Shown piece after piece: positions 10,621 through 24,569 of a stretch of DNA of 64,000 nucleotides. Position 1 is the stretch's first letter; every line of letters begins with the position of its first letter. Under the pieces are notes generated by a model that saw only the letters and a list, made by a program, of their open reading frames with translations, had not been told where the DNA came from and made no database searches. The stretch is from Octopus sinensis (taxonomy: Eukaryota), in NCBI RefSeq assembly GCF_006345805.1, contig NC_043011.1:63624464-63688463 (forward strand). The letters are read 5' to 3'. Made by a program: the position numbers and the translations under genes.

Positions 10621-11665
10621 TTATACTTTTTATTCAATGTAAAGTCTAGAAAAGGTGTTTGAGGAAATATTCGTTGGAAACGAGGACATTTTCCGCAACG
10701 TGATGGTATGTTTCACGCAACGCATTTCAAATGCTAACAAAATTTCGGTGCCAGTTAATCACTAAAGGAATCAATTCTGACACATATTGGGCTGTGTTTG
10801 CTAAAATTATAAGTGAAGGTTGCATTTCCCTAGCTAATCTTACCTATGTCATTTGCTGTTTCCTTTAATCATAATTCACTGTGACCGCGTTTGACATAAC
10901 GGTGTACAAAAGAATTTGCCTATTTCCAGTGATCCTCTGTGTCAGTACAAATCCGTTTTATCCTCAAAAATTGGGATTTCGCATTTTACCGAATTATATG
11001 AATGGGATAGTCGGAGCAGCGTGGAGGTAAATGTGGGATGAATAATAATTGATGTAAGTCAAAGTCAGTTGTTGTTTATCAGTACCACTCCAATTTTGTT
11101 TTCATTATATATATATCAACATATTGACATATATACATACACACACATGCATATAACAAAACAAGAATTTGTAAAATTTTGAGATATTCTTTATTCATCA
11201 TATGATATGTTTCATTTGCTGATTTGAATCACGAAGTTTTATATTTTAGATAAACGATTGAAATATCCCACTAGCAATTCCTCAGGCAGGGAAACACATA
11301 ACACAGAATCCTAATAATTTTGTACCATTTGTTTCCCTACACGAAGAATTTCTAACTATAAATTTCTCATGGGTTTACTTAACTCGTAAAACGTTGTCAA
11401 TTTTGTTAGCAAATGTAACATTTCTACTGATGAATAAACAAGACCAATGCATTTTACCATATCCTTTTACGTTACATAATATCTAATTTCAACCCCAATA
11501 TATAACTTACAGCAATGCGATGAAGTTAGCGTTTGTTTTAACCATGCCAAAACCAGGTACATAACCACGTAGGCTTATGCATATGCATCCGTATATATCA
11601 ATATCTATCTATCTGTCTATCTATCAATCTATCTATCTATCTGTCTATCTATCAATCTATCTATC

Positions 11666-12085
<420 letters not shown>

Positions 12086-12116
12086 TATAATACCTGTACA
12101 TCATCTCCAAACCTTC

Positions 12117-12175
<59 letters not shown>

Positions 12176-12189
12176 GTTAATCCAAACAA

Positions 12190-12360
12190 GAAAACACAGA
12201 AAAAAAGAGAAATAAAAACACAGCAACGCAGGACGTGGAACAATTAAAGTATTATTGACGCTCAGGAAAGAAGGGAAGGAGGGCTTAACGTTTCGAGCGG
12301 AGCACTTCGTCGGAAACAAGGAGAAGGAAAGATCCCAAGGAGGGAAGACAGAGGAGACGA
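12190..12360 (-). mobile_element. Penelope-type pLTR fragment with minimal hammerhead-like motif (second copy 25625-25815)
   Basis: Both copies share gacgtggaacaa...gacgctcagga...aacgtttcgagcg...tcggaaac...gaaggaaagatcc. Minus strand UUU-CCGANGA-A-GAGC..GCUC-GAAA-CG-UU-AA. Confidence 0.6.
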
Positions 12361-12513
12361 TATTTGAGCTGGTGGTGCTTAAGAGATCACATGTTGAAAA
12401 GAACAGAATTTGGAGGTAGTTGAAAAATGGTTTTATAATGCAAGAGAGTTCCCCAAAAAAAGGGAATGCCTGTGTGTGTGTGTGTGTGTGCAAGATGACA
12501 AGTGTGTTTGTGC

Positions 12514-12552
<39 letters not shown>

Positions 12553-12659
12553 TGGTGAATAGAGATAATAACAAAGCCAGCTGTGGTGACAACTGCTAGC
12601 TGTTTGTGTCAAGCCAGGTCAAAAAACGAAGGGCTATATGTATCATAGTGTATGTGTTG

Positions 12660-13620
12660 TTTGTAGTGTGTGTGTGCATGTGTGTGTTCGTGTGTGTATG
12701 CGTAGAGTGTGGGTGAGTGGCGTAACCTAGTACGTGTGAGCTTGTACGTGCGTGTGTGTGTGTAGGGATGTATATGTGGGTTTATTTGTGTGAGAGTGTA
12801 TGTATGTACGTGTATGTGTGTGCGTGTATGTGTGCGTTTGTATGTGTTTGTGTGTATGTGTGCGTGCGCGGATAGGTGTATATTGTGTATGTATATCTGT
12901 CGGTGTGTATGTGAGTTTGTGTGTGTTTGTACGCGTGTATGTGTGTGTGAGTGTATAGTATATATATATGTGAATGTGTGTGTGTGAGTGTGTGTGTGTA
13001 CGTGCGTGCGAGTGAATGTATGTATATATGTGTGCGTGTGTGTACAATGTAGGGGCTTATATGTGTGTTTATATGTGTGTGTATGTATGTGTGTATGTGT
13101 GTATGTGTATGTATATATATATATGCGTGTGTGTATGTGTGTATGTGTGTATGTGTGTGTATGTGTGTATGCATGCGTGTCTGTATGTATGTATGTGTGT
13201 ATGTGTGTGTATGTGTGTATGTATGTATGTATGTATGTGTATGTGTATGTATGTCTGTGTGTATGTATGTATGTACGTACGTATGTATGTATGTGTGTGT
13301 ATGTATGTATGTATGTACGTATGTGTGTATGTATTTATTTTTGCATGCGTGTATATGTGTATGTGCGTGTGTGTACATATGTATGTTTATGTATGTGTGT
13401 GTATGTATGTATTTATGTATGTAGTGTATGTATGTATGTGTGCATGCGTGTATGTGTGCATGTGTGTGTATGTATGTATGTATATATATATGTGTGCGTA
13501 TGTGTGTGTGTATGTATGTATATTTGTGTGTGTGTATATGCATACACACAGACACACACACACATATAATATATATATATAGAGAGAGAGTGGGGGATGT
13601 GTCTGTGTGTGCGCGCGCAT
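12660..13620. repeat. Long compound (TG)n/(TATG)n microsatellite
   Basis: Directly visible; it is the source of the HT/VCM-rich pseudo-ORFs. Confidence 0.95.
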
Positions 13621-13644
13621 GTGTATGTAAAATTATATGCTTAC

Positions 13645-13757
13645 CAGTGAACTTGAATCCCAACACAGCGATGCTATCGAAAATATTAGAAACATTGAAA
13701 TTGATGACGTATTTGAGGTTGCGACTTTGACTCCATTGGACCCAAATTTTATCTTCA
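13645..13757 (-). other. Exon-like segment of uncertain frame
   Basis: Acceptor tttctatatattccag and donor ACTG|gtaagc, 113 nt. One frame encodes a hydrophobic MFLIFSIASLC stretch. Confidence 0.35.
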
Positions 13758-14199
13758 CTGGAATATATAGAAAGAACGGTTTTTAGCAATAAGATTCGGA
13801 ATACATTATTGACTAGCTATCTAATTCCTGATCTATGTCATTTTGATATTCTGCGATTATATTCCCTAATATTTCTCTCCCTCTTATGAGCTAACAAATT
13901 AGGCAATAAAAAATACTGCAGGATGGACATTAACAGAAAAAGGTACCAGTGTCACTCTATAAGTCACTCTATTAATCTTCTTAGGAACAAACTCAATAAG
14001 AACAAATTTAAACATGAAAGTGCTACAAATGAATGTCAGAGGATATTTTCGATAAAGAAAAACAAAACTGAAGTATGCTAATCGATTTATGACTATACTG
14101 GCATACATAAAAAAAAAAAACATTGTGTTCGATTTTTCAGCAAATAATTACAATGGAAAGCTTAATAGAAACTACCAGCATTATTGGTTTCAAATTTTG

Positions 14200-14470
14200 G
14201 AAGAGGTTAGAAATATCGGTGGGTGGAGTGGTCGATATCATCGACATTACTGTTCAACAGGAACTTATATTTATCCAACACAAAAGAATGAAAGGAAAAG
14301 TCGACCACAGCTGAGTATTTCAGCTCAGAATGTAAAGACAGAAGAAATTCTTCGAATGCATCCTATTTCGCCAGCTCACCGACATGTATTTATTTGTAGA
14401 TGCCAAAACAATGAAAGGCAAAGTCGACCTCAGCGGACGTTACCGCTGAGTTGCCGCCTTAAAAACCCGT
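14200..14470 (-). mobile_element. Decayed SINE (ggcggcgagctggcagaa family)
   Basis: aatgaaaggaaaagtcgacc...cagctcagaatgtaaagac...gccagctcacc is the reverse of the copies at 40568 and 54482. Confidence 0.6.
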
Positions 14471-14807
14471 AAAATTAAAGTAAGATGATCATTCAAAATA
14501 TTAGAATATTAGAATATTATTGCTTAGACTATCATTTCTTGTACGCGTTGGCTTTTCAGTAATACTAAAGTAAAGAAAAATTATTTCATTACCTATGCAT
14601 TTTAGACTATATATTGCACGGAAAAATTTACTGCATTCCGGAAATACGGAAGAAAAACATTTCTCAAAAAACTTCAAACGCCTGGAAAATAGGAAGATGC
14701 CAAAAATAATAATTCTAGAAGAAAAATACAAAAAAACATATATATATATATGTGTGTGTATGTTTGTGTGTGTTTGTGTGTGTGCGTGTGTGTGTGTCTG
14801 TCTGTTT

Positions 14808-14890
<83 letters not shown>

Positions 14891-15535
14891 TTTATATTCT
14901 GTACTGCTTTTTATAACTTAATTTCTTCTTTAGAGAATATGGGTGTAATTTATCTTTTCGTTTCAGATTTTATCCAGAATGTTTCATGATCTTCATAGGA
15001 GGGGTGTTTCCTAACCGTGACACTGCCATTCCTCAGCTCTGCATATAAGGTTCGTATTTTAGTATAATTAACCTCTCATGAAGTGCTTTGTTTAGGGAAT
15101 CAACACAAACATTTGTTAATTTGTTTCTAAGTTATAAATGGTGAAGTTAAAGCTAATTATCCCTGTTACAGTTTGTTGCTGTTGACCGTCCAATATGATG
15201 GCATACATTGTGGATATTTTCCTCTAGGTTTTTCCTTCCATCTAGGTTGTTTCTGTTTAGTTTTTTTATAACCATGCGTACTGCGAATTTCTGCTAGTGT
15301 TCTTTAAGTGTCATAACAGCTGTGTATATAAAGTTATTAGTAATCTAGTAAATAAGCATCACATTATTCCACGTGCTCTCTAGTGACATCGTCGGTAAAT
15401 TTCAGCCTTAGAACAGTTGGGATTTTCTTATTCTTTTTAAAAATGTGTTTAGGGAAAGATGTAGTATAGATGCAAACGATCGTTGTACTAAATAAGGAAT
15501 AATACCCGATCCAACTTCTAGTTACTTACTGAATA

Positions 15536-15567
<32 letters not shown>

Positions 15568-16620
15568 CTGTGAGAGTATCTGTGTGTGTGTGTGTGTGTG
15601 TGCGTAAAAACGCACGCGCGCGCGCACACACACACACATATATATATATATTTAAATGCAATCGAGGGTCGTATAACAAGACTTCCGTACAACTATTAGT
15701 AGAAATAACAGCCACAAAAAGTAAGATATTTGTGTACCTGCAGTAATCCGAAAGCACTGTATTAAGATTATCTGGGTACATGGCTTTGTGGCACATTTTC
15801 TGGCGTAATCAAAGCAAAATTCTGAGGTTACCAGACCTAAAAGATACATGAAACAAAATCTTTCTTGAAATTCTTTGGCATTACTATTCAGAATCGAAAG
15901 CAAAAGCCGATTTGTGATGTGACAGTCTGTTCAATTTGTGTGTGTTTTTGTTTGTGTGCGCGTCGTTGTATTACACTTTGGTAGTTCTTATTCGTCAGAA
16001 TATTCAAAATGTTATAGTTATATCAAGGTATTGCACATCTTTAGTTTCTGAAATGATAAATTTGCAAGTGCTGATGTGTTTAACAACTATATGTACAGCG
16101 ATGTGATTAATTTCTCGTATCTGTGCCTATGTTGAAAAAAAAGCAAAAAACATTTTACTTTCGCGTTTTTTCTTTTCTCCAAAAAATTGAGGAAATGAGT
16201 GTAATGGTCCTGGCATTGCTGGAATATTAGATGTTAATGCTCTTTGCCTATATTTTCATTGAATGGTTTCCACGGCGCTCGTTGGAAATGTCATGAGAAA
16301 AGATATCTTTTGTGTTTTTGCACATTTGTGCTACGATATTTTTGCAATAACATATGTGTGTGTGCGTGCGTGCGCGCGTGTTAAACAGTCTGTGTCGATA
16401 ATGCTCATCTTACATTCAAGCTCATACATGCAAGAATATCCACAATCGAAACCATCTTTATTCTGATTGATGCTCAACAATTGATAACGTTTAGGTTTCC
16501 GTCCAAAGGTGTCGGATACCTAGTGGTCAACAGAGGGAATACTGGGGATCTGTGTACTAAATTCAAAATTCGATATATATATATATACATATATATACAT
16601 ACATACATATAAACATATGC

Positions 16621-16769
<149 letters not shown>

Positions 16770-16923
16770 TTTGTTGAAATGGAAAGATGAATTATCTTGT
16801 TAGGGATTATTCAAAAGTTTAACCGATACCTGGGTAGCAAAAATCACAGCAGGAAAAACACGGTTGAAGATAAGCCCATATGGTGTTGCAACCGTGCGTT
16901 GGTGCGGATAATTGAAGTTTAAT

Positions 16924-17339
16924 ATAATTAGCGATTGGAAGAAATGGAGTTGAACGAAGATTGCACAGAATTCCTTTTATTACATTCTACACATGTTTCA
17001 AAGGCCACAATTTTCCAAATTCTGATTAAAAAAGGATACCATATTGCAGCTTTCTCTTCAGGAAAAACCCAGGAATTACGTTGTGAGAACAAAACAAAAC
17101 AAAAGCGCAGCAAAGCAATTCGAACGAGGACGCTCGTTAAGAGCCCATGGGTAAAATTTAAGAGCCCATGGGTAAAATTTGTTCTGACAACGTAATTCCT
17201 GGTTTTTCCTGAAGAGAAAGCTGCAATATGGTATCCTTTTTTAATCAGAATTTGGAAAATTGTGGCCTTTGAAACATGTGTAGAATGTAATAAAAGGAAT
17301 TCCGTGCAATCTTCGTTCAACTCCATTTCTTCCAATCAC

Positions 17340-17346
<7 letters not shown>
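16924..17346. mobile_element. Inverted repeat (~167-bp arms) carrying mirrored hammerhead-like motifs
   Basis: Arms 16924-17090 and 17178-17346. Plus arm UUC-CUGAAGA-G-AAAG..CUUU-GAAA-C-AUGU-G-UA-GAA at 17206-17285. The spacer has a 21-nt direct repeat (ttaagagcccatgggtaaaat). Confidence 0.75.
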
Positions 17347-17404
<58 letters not shown>

Positions 17405-17409
17405 CTTAA

Positions 17410-18060
17410 GGTTATCAAGCCACGTTGTAGAGTGGGGATAAACTCTTGCTACCTAAAAACATGCACTTATGCCAAGTATCTCAAAGACAGTCTGATAGCC
17501 AAGTCCAAATCCTTGCCTTCTCGTGAGGCCTATTCCCTGGGCCCGGCGGAAATGTTACAACTAGCAGGAGAAGTGGCAAAATCAGTGCTTCGTGTAGATG
17601 GGAACCGTTGGGCAAGCCATCTAAGAGAAGGAAAACTCTGACTCTAAACCCCACTGTTTGTGACGAATCCCATCATGGGGAAGACTTGGGGAAGAAATCC
17701 TGAGGAGGAATTCGGGGCTGGAATCCCGATCCCAAGCTGTATTGACCTCTGCCTTTCCCATGGATACTATCTGTGATGTCGAAACTGAAAGTCTTTCACA
17801 GAAACTTCCAGGCCTGCGCCCGCCCTGGAGAGGACACTACAGAGTCGCGAATCGCGATGATGAAACAACACAGAAAACAGCAGTTACCGGTGATAAGTCT
17901 TTGCTCAATTGACGCATGCGCGAAGGGCTGTTTTTGACGATGGGAGAGACTTTAGCATCTTACTGGGTAACTACCGCCCGTCTCAAGCTGTTCCGCCAGA
18001 AACGTGTCTTGCGGACATTCTTGAGATTCACGCCTGCTTTTAAAATCTATATTTCCCGAG
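17410..18060 (+). mobile_element. RTE-like LINE 5' region, truncated
   Basis: GC-richer block with accgttgggcaagccatctaagagaaggaaaactctgactctaaacc, a motif I recognise from RTE 5' regions. No intact ORF. Confidence 0.5.
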
Positions 18061-18804
18061 TAATATTAAGTCTAGTTGGCACTTCCTCCTGAGCTGCTGT
18101 TCCATACCGACTGCCTTTTCAAACTTCAGTAGTACGTTAGGAAAGTTTATTTTTTCAAAGCATAACGAGGCGTTCCTCTTTATTTTTTATGGGTTACGTA
18201 TCAAATCAAAAGATTTATCTCTTCTCACCAAGAGAGTTTCTATGAATAATCGAAAATTAACTGAGATTACACGTTTCAATGGAAGGCATAATGATTATCA
18301 GACTTCAATATGAAGTACCAATGTGGGAAATATTATATTATATAATTCAGTCATCCATATTAATCACATTTCAGGGATAATACCACTCAGTTGTGTAAAA
18401 ATATAAAATGGGATGCATGTGTCAGTCTGCGCTCGTGTGGCTATTTCTCAGTGTATATGTACAGTATGTTGCTATATTATCATGTAGCTAACTAGCAAGA
18501 TAGCTTAACAATGAAACTTGATTTACGACATATCCATGGTGAATGTTTCTTTTCTTACAATTACTTACCTACAAGCAGGAGACAGATGCCCAGCACGGTT
18601 TTAATTGTGCTTCTTCTCGTAAACCGGAAACTTTGTTAGCTTAAGGATCGCAAGCATCCGACTTCTGAAGTGTTTTATAAATAAATGGAATAATGTGACA
18701 TGTGTTTGCTCTGTGCATACCATGTACATATATGTATGCATATACGACATACACACACAGACACACTTCTACATGTGTATATATAGGTATACATATATGT
18801 ATAC

Positions 18805-18835
<31 letters not shown>

Positions 18836-19864
18836 AAATATAAGTTATTACATCTGTTTTATGACAAATTCAAGTGACTTTAATGATTTACTTCAAAAGT
18901 TCATTTGTTGCATGTGGAGAATGCCTTTAATATTAGATACATACCTCAAAATAGTCAAATGCTAATACTTGGATGATGGTTTCTTTCTGTAGCAAGTATT
19001 CAATTTGTATACAATACACATGTATAGAAACAAATATATGTACGCACATATATTTGCATGCTTTTATATAGATATACGATATATATATATATATATTGTA
19101 AATAGATGGGACATCTATATTACAAGGCATGAGAGCTAAACATCTATAATGCTGTAATTAACGCTCTTGAATGAAGGCATATTAACTAAGTGGGACTCAA
19201 CTGATGAGGCAAGGGAAATTGCTTAATTGACGTATAGCTGTTGTTTCTAGCAATGTAGATGATTTCTGAAACCCTTCGCATGTTTAGTGACAACAATAAT
19301 TGTCCTTTTCGGTGAAAAACTGCAAACTGTTGTTTATAATAATGTCATACACGCAAACACACACACACACACACGCACGTGCGTATACGCACACACATAT
19401 ATAATTATCATTAAATACGACTAGGGTTTTAGAAAAGCGTAGCTTGTTAGAAATAAGGGCTAAAATACTCTAGCGCGTTAATCAACGCAGATAAATGTTA
19501 ATATATACGGTAACAGAGACGTTAATCGTTCGAAAAATGTGCATCAAGAATTCTTAGTGCTGACGTCAGTTTCTGCAATTTCCGTTGCTTATCAGTCGAG
19601 AATGACGACAGTATTAAGAATTCTTGATCGGAATGCTTTGGACCATTAATGTCCCCGTTAAGGCATATGTTTATATTTATGAGTGTTCAATACAACATTA
19701 GAGTAGTTTAGCTATTATTTCTTGCAATGTTATGTGTTTCTAACACTCTAGTGACATTTACTGACAAACAAAATTCTTCTTTTTGCTAAAGCAGTGCAAA
19801 CTACTGTTTATTTTCAGTATATATATATATATATGAAAAAACAAGTCAAAAATAGAAAATGGAA

Positions 19865-19899
<35 letters not shown>

Positions 19900-19930
19900 C
19901 ATATATATATATATATATACATATATATAT

Positions 19931-19961
<31 letters not shown>

Positions 19962-19972
19962 CATATATATAT

Positions 19973-20023
<51 letters not shown>

Positions 20024-20044
20024 TATATACATATATATATACAC

Positions 20045-20142
<98 letters not shown>

Positions 20143-20149
20143 GTCTGTA

Positions 20150-20505
20150 AATGTAATATGTGACAATTATTCGGTAGCCATGATAAAACTCCGAGTTTCA
20201 GATGCTGAGGTGGAAAACCGTGCCGCCATCTCTTCAGTTATCCGGTTATCGGGAAAATGCTATGAAAAATGAGCGTTATCGCCACAAGACTTAAATTAGA
20301 TAAATAGAAATAGTGGTCATCCCCAAAAAAGAGGCTTTTATTACTATCAAAGCCCATAAAAAGGTTTTCCTATCTAGGGTCATTTTTCATAGGATTTTTC
20401 CAATGGCCGGATAACTGAAGAGATGGCGGCGTGGTTTCCCACCTCGGCATCCGAAACTCGGAGTGTTATCATGGCAACTGAATAATTGTCACATATTAGA
20501 TTTAC
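20150..20505. mobile_element. Inverted repeat (~125-bp arms) with mirrored variant hammerheads
   Basis: Arms ~20150-20270 and ~20380-20505. Minus-strand motif 20242-20182: GAUAA-CUGAAGA-GAUG..CAUC-U-GAAA-CUCGGAG-UU-UUAUC. The plus copy at 20410-20470 has G at the cleavage position. Confidence 0.75.
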
Positions 20506-20627
20506 AGGTAAATTCCTCGATTTACATAATATCGAGTTCTCTTTCTTTTGTTGTCTTACTATTTTTATCAATATATATTTGGCGAAAGTTGATGCGATAT
20601 CTCTTATCGATGCGTACGAGGAAAACA

Positions 20628-21020
20628 AAAATCCGTATCGATATGTTGTCAGGGAAACCATTTACAAAAGCCACCGGTGCTGCCATTTCTAATCCCTCTC
20701 CGGTGAAACAAGGCAGCATGACCTATCTCCGAATTTCCTGTTGCATACATGTCCGCATGTTCTCCTATCCAACCGACCTTTTATATCTTGGCGAATACAG
20801 CATATGGTCCTTCTGTAAATGCTTCTTCCAAGCGTTGTTTGATCTTCTCCGCATCCAGTTGGCCCGTATCGTCTGTTTCACTGTACATCGCCAACGTGTT
20901 TCCATCCAGATACAGAGCAATCATACCTGCAGCATCTATAATGCTTTCCAGGCTGGCCACCATGTTGATCATTCGAATCAATGTGATAACATCTCCCCCT
21001 CCACAGAAGCGTCGGAGGCG
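20628..21020 (-). mobile_element. Gypsy-type LTR retrotransposon gag relic
   Basis: GGGDVITLIRMINMVASLE..IALYLDGNTLAMYSE..QLDAEKIKQRLEEAFTEGPYAVFAKI*KVGWIGE..FTGEGLE..AFVNGFPDNISI, with stops. Confidence 0.75.
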
Positions 21021-21299
21021 ACGCTACTGATTTTCGTTTTGCTGATATATCCTCTTTATCCGCTTATTTAAGCGTTATTATGTTATCTTTTGTAGACGCT
21101 TAAGCTCAGACATATCTGACATATCAAATTGTTAATATTTGACCTAAAATTAGTTTTGCGTCTGAGGGGAAATTTAGACAGGATATCAATCATTTTCCGA
21201 GATAGTTATTACGTACTTTTTTCAAAGTATGTTTTGATTTATTCCTTACTAGTGATTCATCAACGTCACTAATTTTATTATCAAAGAATTCAAGAAACA

Positions 21300-22300
21300 A
21301 TTTTTGATAGAATGTTTGAATATCCTCATCCCATTCATGCTGTCGGCTCTTGGTTACGAGTGAGTATCAGTGCTTTTGTCAAAATTGGGAATTCATCATT
21401 GTCTAAGTTTATTTTCGATAAATTAGTAATTTTGGGGTCGACGCGTTCAGTTTTTTTTTACGTGTTTCCTTTTAGTTAATTTTTTTCTTCCAATGTTTGT
21501 TGCCTGAGGATACAAAATGGATGTTTTTTACTCGTTATGATTTTTATTACTGTTGGTGTACGCTAGATGAAGTTTGTGTATCACTTGCTTGTATTTCACG
21601 TGGTTTCTTGATATTTTCTGTCCTGTTTCGAATACAGTTTTCCAATTTATTGCTGGTATACTTTTTAACAATCTAGGGAAATAATCTAGGTTCGCTTCGG
21701 GGTCTTATTAGAGATCTTGAGTATCATCTGTTTTTCTATTCCTGATGAATATCGTTTATGATTTCGTTTATGATTTTGTTCTTGTTCTGTGCATGAAGTC
21801 ATTCTTGTAATATGAGTTCTTACCGTAGTTGGTTTTGACCCATGATGAAATGAGTAGTTTTTTTTTTGCCTCGTGTTCTTAGCATCTTCTGCACTGAGGT
21901 GGCTGTTCCTTTTTAATTCTATTTCTCAATGTTGTAGAGATTTTACTCTAATTTGCGGCATGTTTATCGAGAAATGATTGTATGCGCTGCCATAACTGTC
22001 TAGATCTGTTTTCGTCTTTTGAGATATCCCTGGTCCATAGAGTTTGCATTTTTCAGCTCTGTTGCCAGACGACAGCTTTTATATTTCACCGACAATTCCA
22101 TCATCGGTAGCTTCGTATTCCATGAGTAACAGAATTTTTTACATAGAGTAACAGTGATATCGGTCTGGACTTTTCTTATAGTGAGCTCTCATCGAATGTG
22201 CTGTTTCCTCCCCCGGTTCTCCTAATTTCCTTGATTAGGTACTTATGGCAGTATGGATGAAGCTAGTGAAATCCATTTAGAATGAATTTCAGTTCCCACC
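21300..22300 (-). mobile_element. Heavily decayed LINE endonuclease/linker region (CR1-like?)
   Basis: Fragments YKKSPD..KILLLMEYEA (cf. YRPPD..IILMGDFN) with many stops. Confidence 0.3.
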
Positions 22301-24029
22301 TTTATATACCTAACGGAACTTTTGTTTTCTTACGTTGATAAAGCTTTTCCATGGGACTTTGTTACTAGATTTTAATCCCAGGAATACATCATTTCCACCT
22401 CTTATTGGCACAGAAATACAAACACATACACGCACACATTCCATGCTTTGTGGACTGCATTGCAATTGCCTCCGATTATAAGCATATGAGACCATGGAAC
22501 AACAATGTCGGGGAAGTAAAGCTAAAGAAACGGTTGAAGCTATAAAATTAGTTTCATCCTATTGGTGCAGGTCAATGCGTTATTTTTTCTGACGAATGCA
22601 AACCTGAAATTTGCAAACTGAATTCTAAATAAAATATATTCGTGCATTGCACCAGTCCGACATTTCCTAAGCAGATGTCACTGCCACTCATTATTCATGT
22701 GTTTATTTAATTATTTATTTATTTACTTATTTATTTACTTATTTATTTATTTATTTATTTATTCATTCATTCATTCATGTATCTATTTATTTTCCTTTGT
22801 AATACGTAACTGCTTTCGTTTACAAGCAGTTTCTCAATTTCTTTGTGATGCGCCGTGTTACCAAATTGTATTTCGAATTCTACGATCCTCCTCTGCATGT
22901 GTGTTCTTTGGAATCTACCTTTTACCTTGTTTCCTTGCTGTTACAGCAGAGTCCATCCTATAGGACAATGAAAAACGACTAATTATTATTCTTACTCCCT
23001 TTTCTGTCACATTTCTTTCGTTTCAATTAAAAAACTAAACAAAGAGAAATGATATACCTATCATTGCAGCATAGATTTCAACGCGCAGCTGTTGCTTCAA
23101 TCTAACATATTACGTAACACATGGCCAGTTGCTAATTTGTAATCCGGTTGCTATTTTATGCAATACGTAGAAAGAGAATTATTCTAATGGGTGTTTGTTT
23201 TTGTTATAAAATATTTGATAGTGAATTCATTCACCTCTTTAGTATTGCAAATTACCGTGTCCGGAGTGTAGCAAGATTTACGGTAAATCAAAAGTATTTT
23301 TTAATTGTGTAGACTTACACACACAGATAAATGCATACTAATATACATGCGAATGTATATACTAGTACATGCGTGTTTGTGTGTATGTGTGCGAGTGAGT
23401 GTGATTAGATGTAACTAGATAATACTATTTCTAAAGAAGTTCAAACTGGGATATGAGCACTAATGGATATAAATAAAGAAAATTCTGAAGCAGAACCAAA
23501 TTATTCTTCAATAATTAAGAATCTCTGAAGAATAGAGAGGCTAAAGTCCATAAAATATTACCAATATTTTCAAACTTAAAACATCCTCAGTGGAACGTTT
23601 AACGCGCATGAGTTAAGACGACGGCAAATCAAATACGTTCCTCGGTGGAATCAATATACTGGTGCATTTTCCAAGAATTTTTCCCTTCGACCAAAGCTAG
23701 AAAGTATCTTAGACAATGATAATCGCAGAACACTTTATTTTCATTTTTGTTTCAAATTCTTCTTTTAGGAATCAGGGTTGTATGATTTCTGACCTGTGCA
23801 TAGTAAAAATACTATATGATATTCTCTACGTCACGGTATTTATTCCTAATATGTTAAGGTATTTATTCCTAATGGTAATGCGAAAAAATGTACGTTATCC
23901 TAGTTGGTATTTTATTAGTTGTAAGAAATAATATAACTACTATGAATAATAACTATATTACACTAAAAATATGCTATTTTGATTTTAATATCATATGCAA
24001 TATCTTGTGTTAACTCAAATTTAGCCGAG

Positions 24030-24160
24030 GTAGACTTTGCGTTTCATCCATTCATTCGGGGTTGACGAATTAAGTACCAGTTACGTACTAGAGTCGATAT
24101 AATCGAACGGTCCTCCCCTCCAAAAGTTGTGGTGTTGTGCCTAGAGTAGAAAAGAATATC
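24030..24160 (+). mobile_element. SINE 3' half
   Basis: gccgaggtagactttgcgtttcatcc..aattaagtaccagtt..gtcgat..ggtgttgtgcctagagtagaaaagaat matches the 40568 and 54482 copies. Confidence 0.7.
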
Positions 24161-24434
24161 TTGTGTTAACTTGTTTTATTATACATATTGGTATATCACT
24201 ACACTAAAGAAGTGTGATAAAAACACTTCATTTGTATTGAATACCAAATTTATTTAACCATTTTTAGACTTAATTATTCCAGAGAAAATCGTGTCATGTG
24301 ATACTTGGAAGCATCATCCTTGCATCGTCACCTGTTGTTATATACCTGTTGTTTGTAACTCTAATTGTGCACCATGTTCTCCGGTTTTTGTAGTTGTTGC
24401 CGTACACAATCGCTAGATTTCTTACAAATATATA

Positions 24435-24491
<57 letters not shown>

Positions 24492-24569
24492 TTTGATACT
24501 TTGATACTTTGATAGGTTTCGGCCATTATTGGCCCAGGCCATGTCTAACTTAATAGCACCACCTGGTGA

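Noticed and set aside
10845-10945. Possible exon with donor tag|gtaaga
   Set aside because: Stops in all frames and no family motifs.
12700-13600. Many long ORFs rich in YI/HT/VC (also at 2.9, 16.5, 19.8, 26, 35.5, 43, 55.7 and 58 kb)
   Set aside because: Translations of (AT)n/(TG)n/(TATG)n microsatellites that lack stop codons.
15738-15836. ShKT-domain interpretation of paralog C as a 99-nt exon
   Set aside because: CxD..C-x4-C spacing fits, but the last two Cys are not in frame, the donor (GTACAC) is weak, and the shared CRYT motif with paralog A suggests it is the truncated large family exon. Not excluded without an HMM search.
19195-19235. CTGATGA with stems I and II
   Set aside because: GAAA and helix III are missing, so it cannot be a functional hammerhead.
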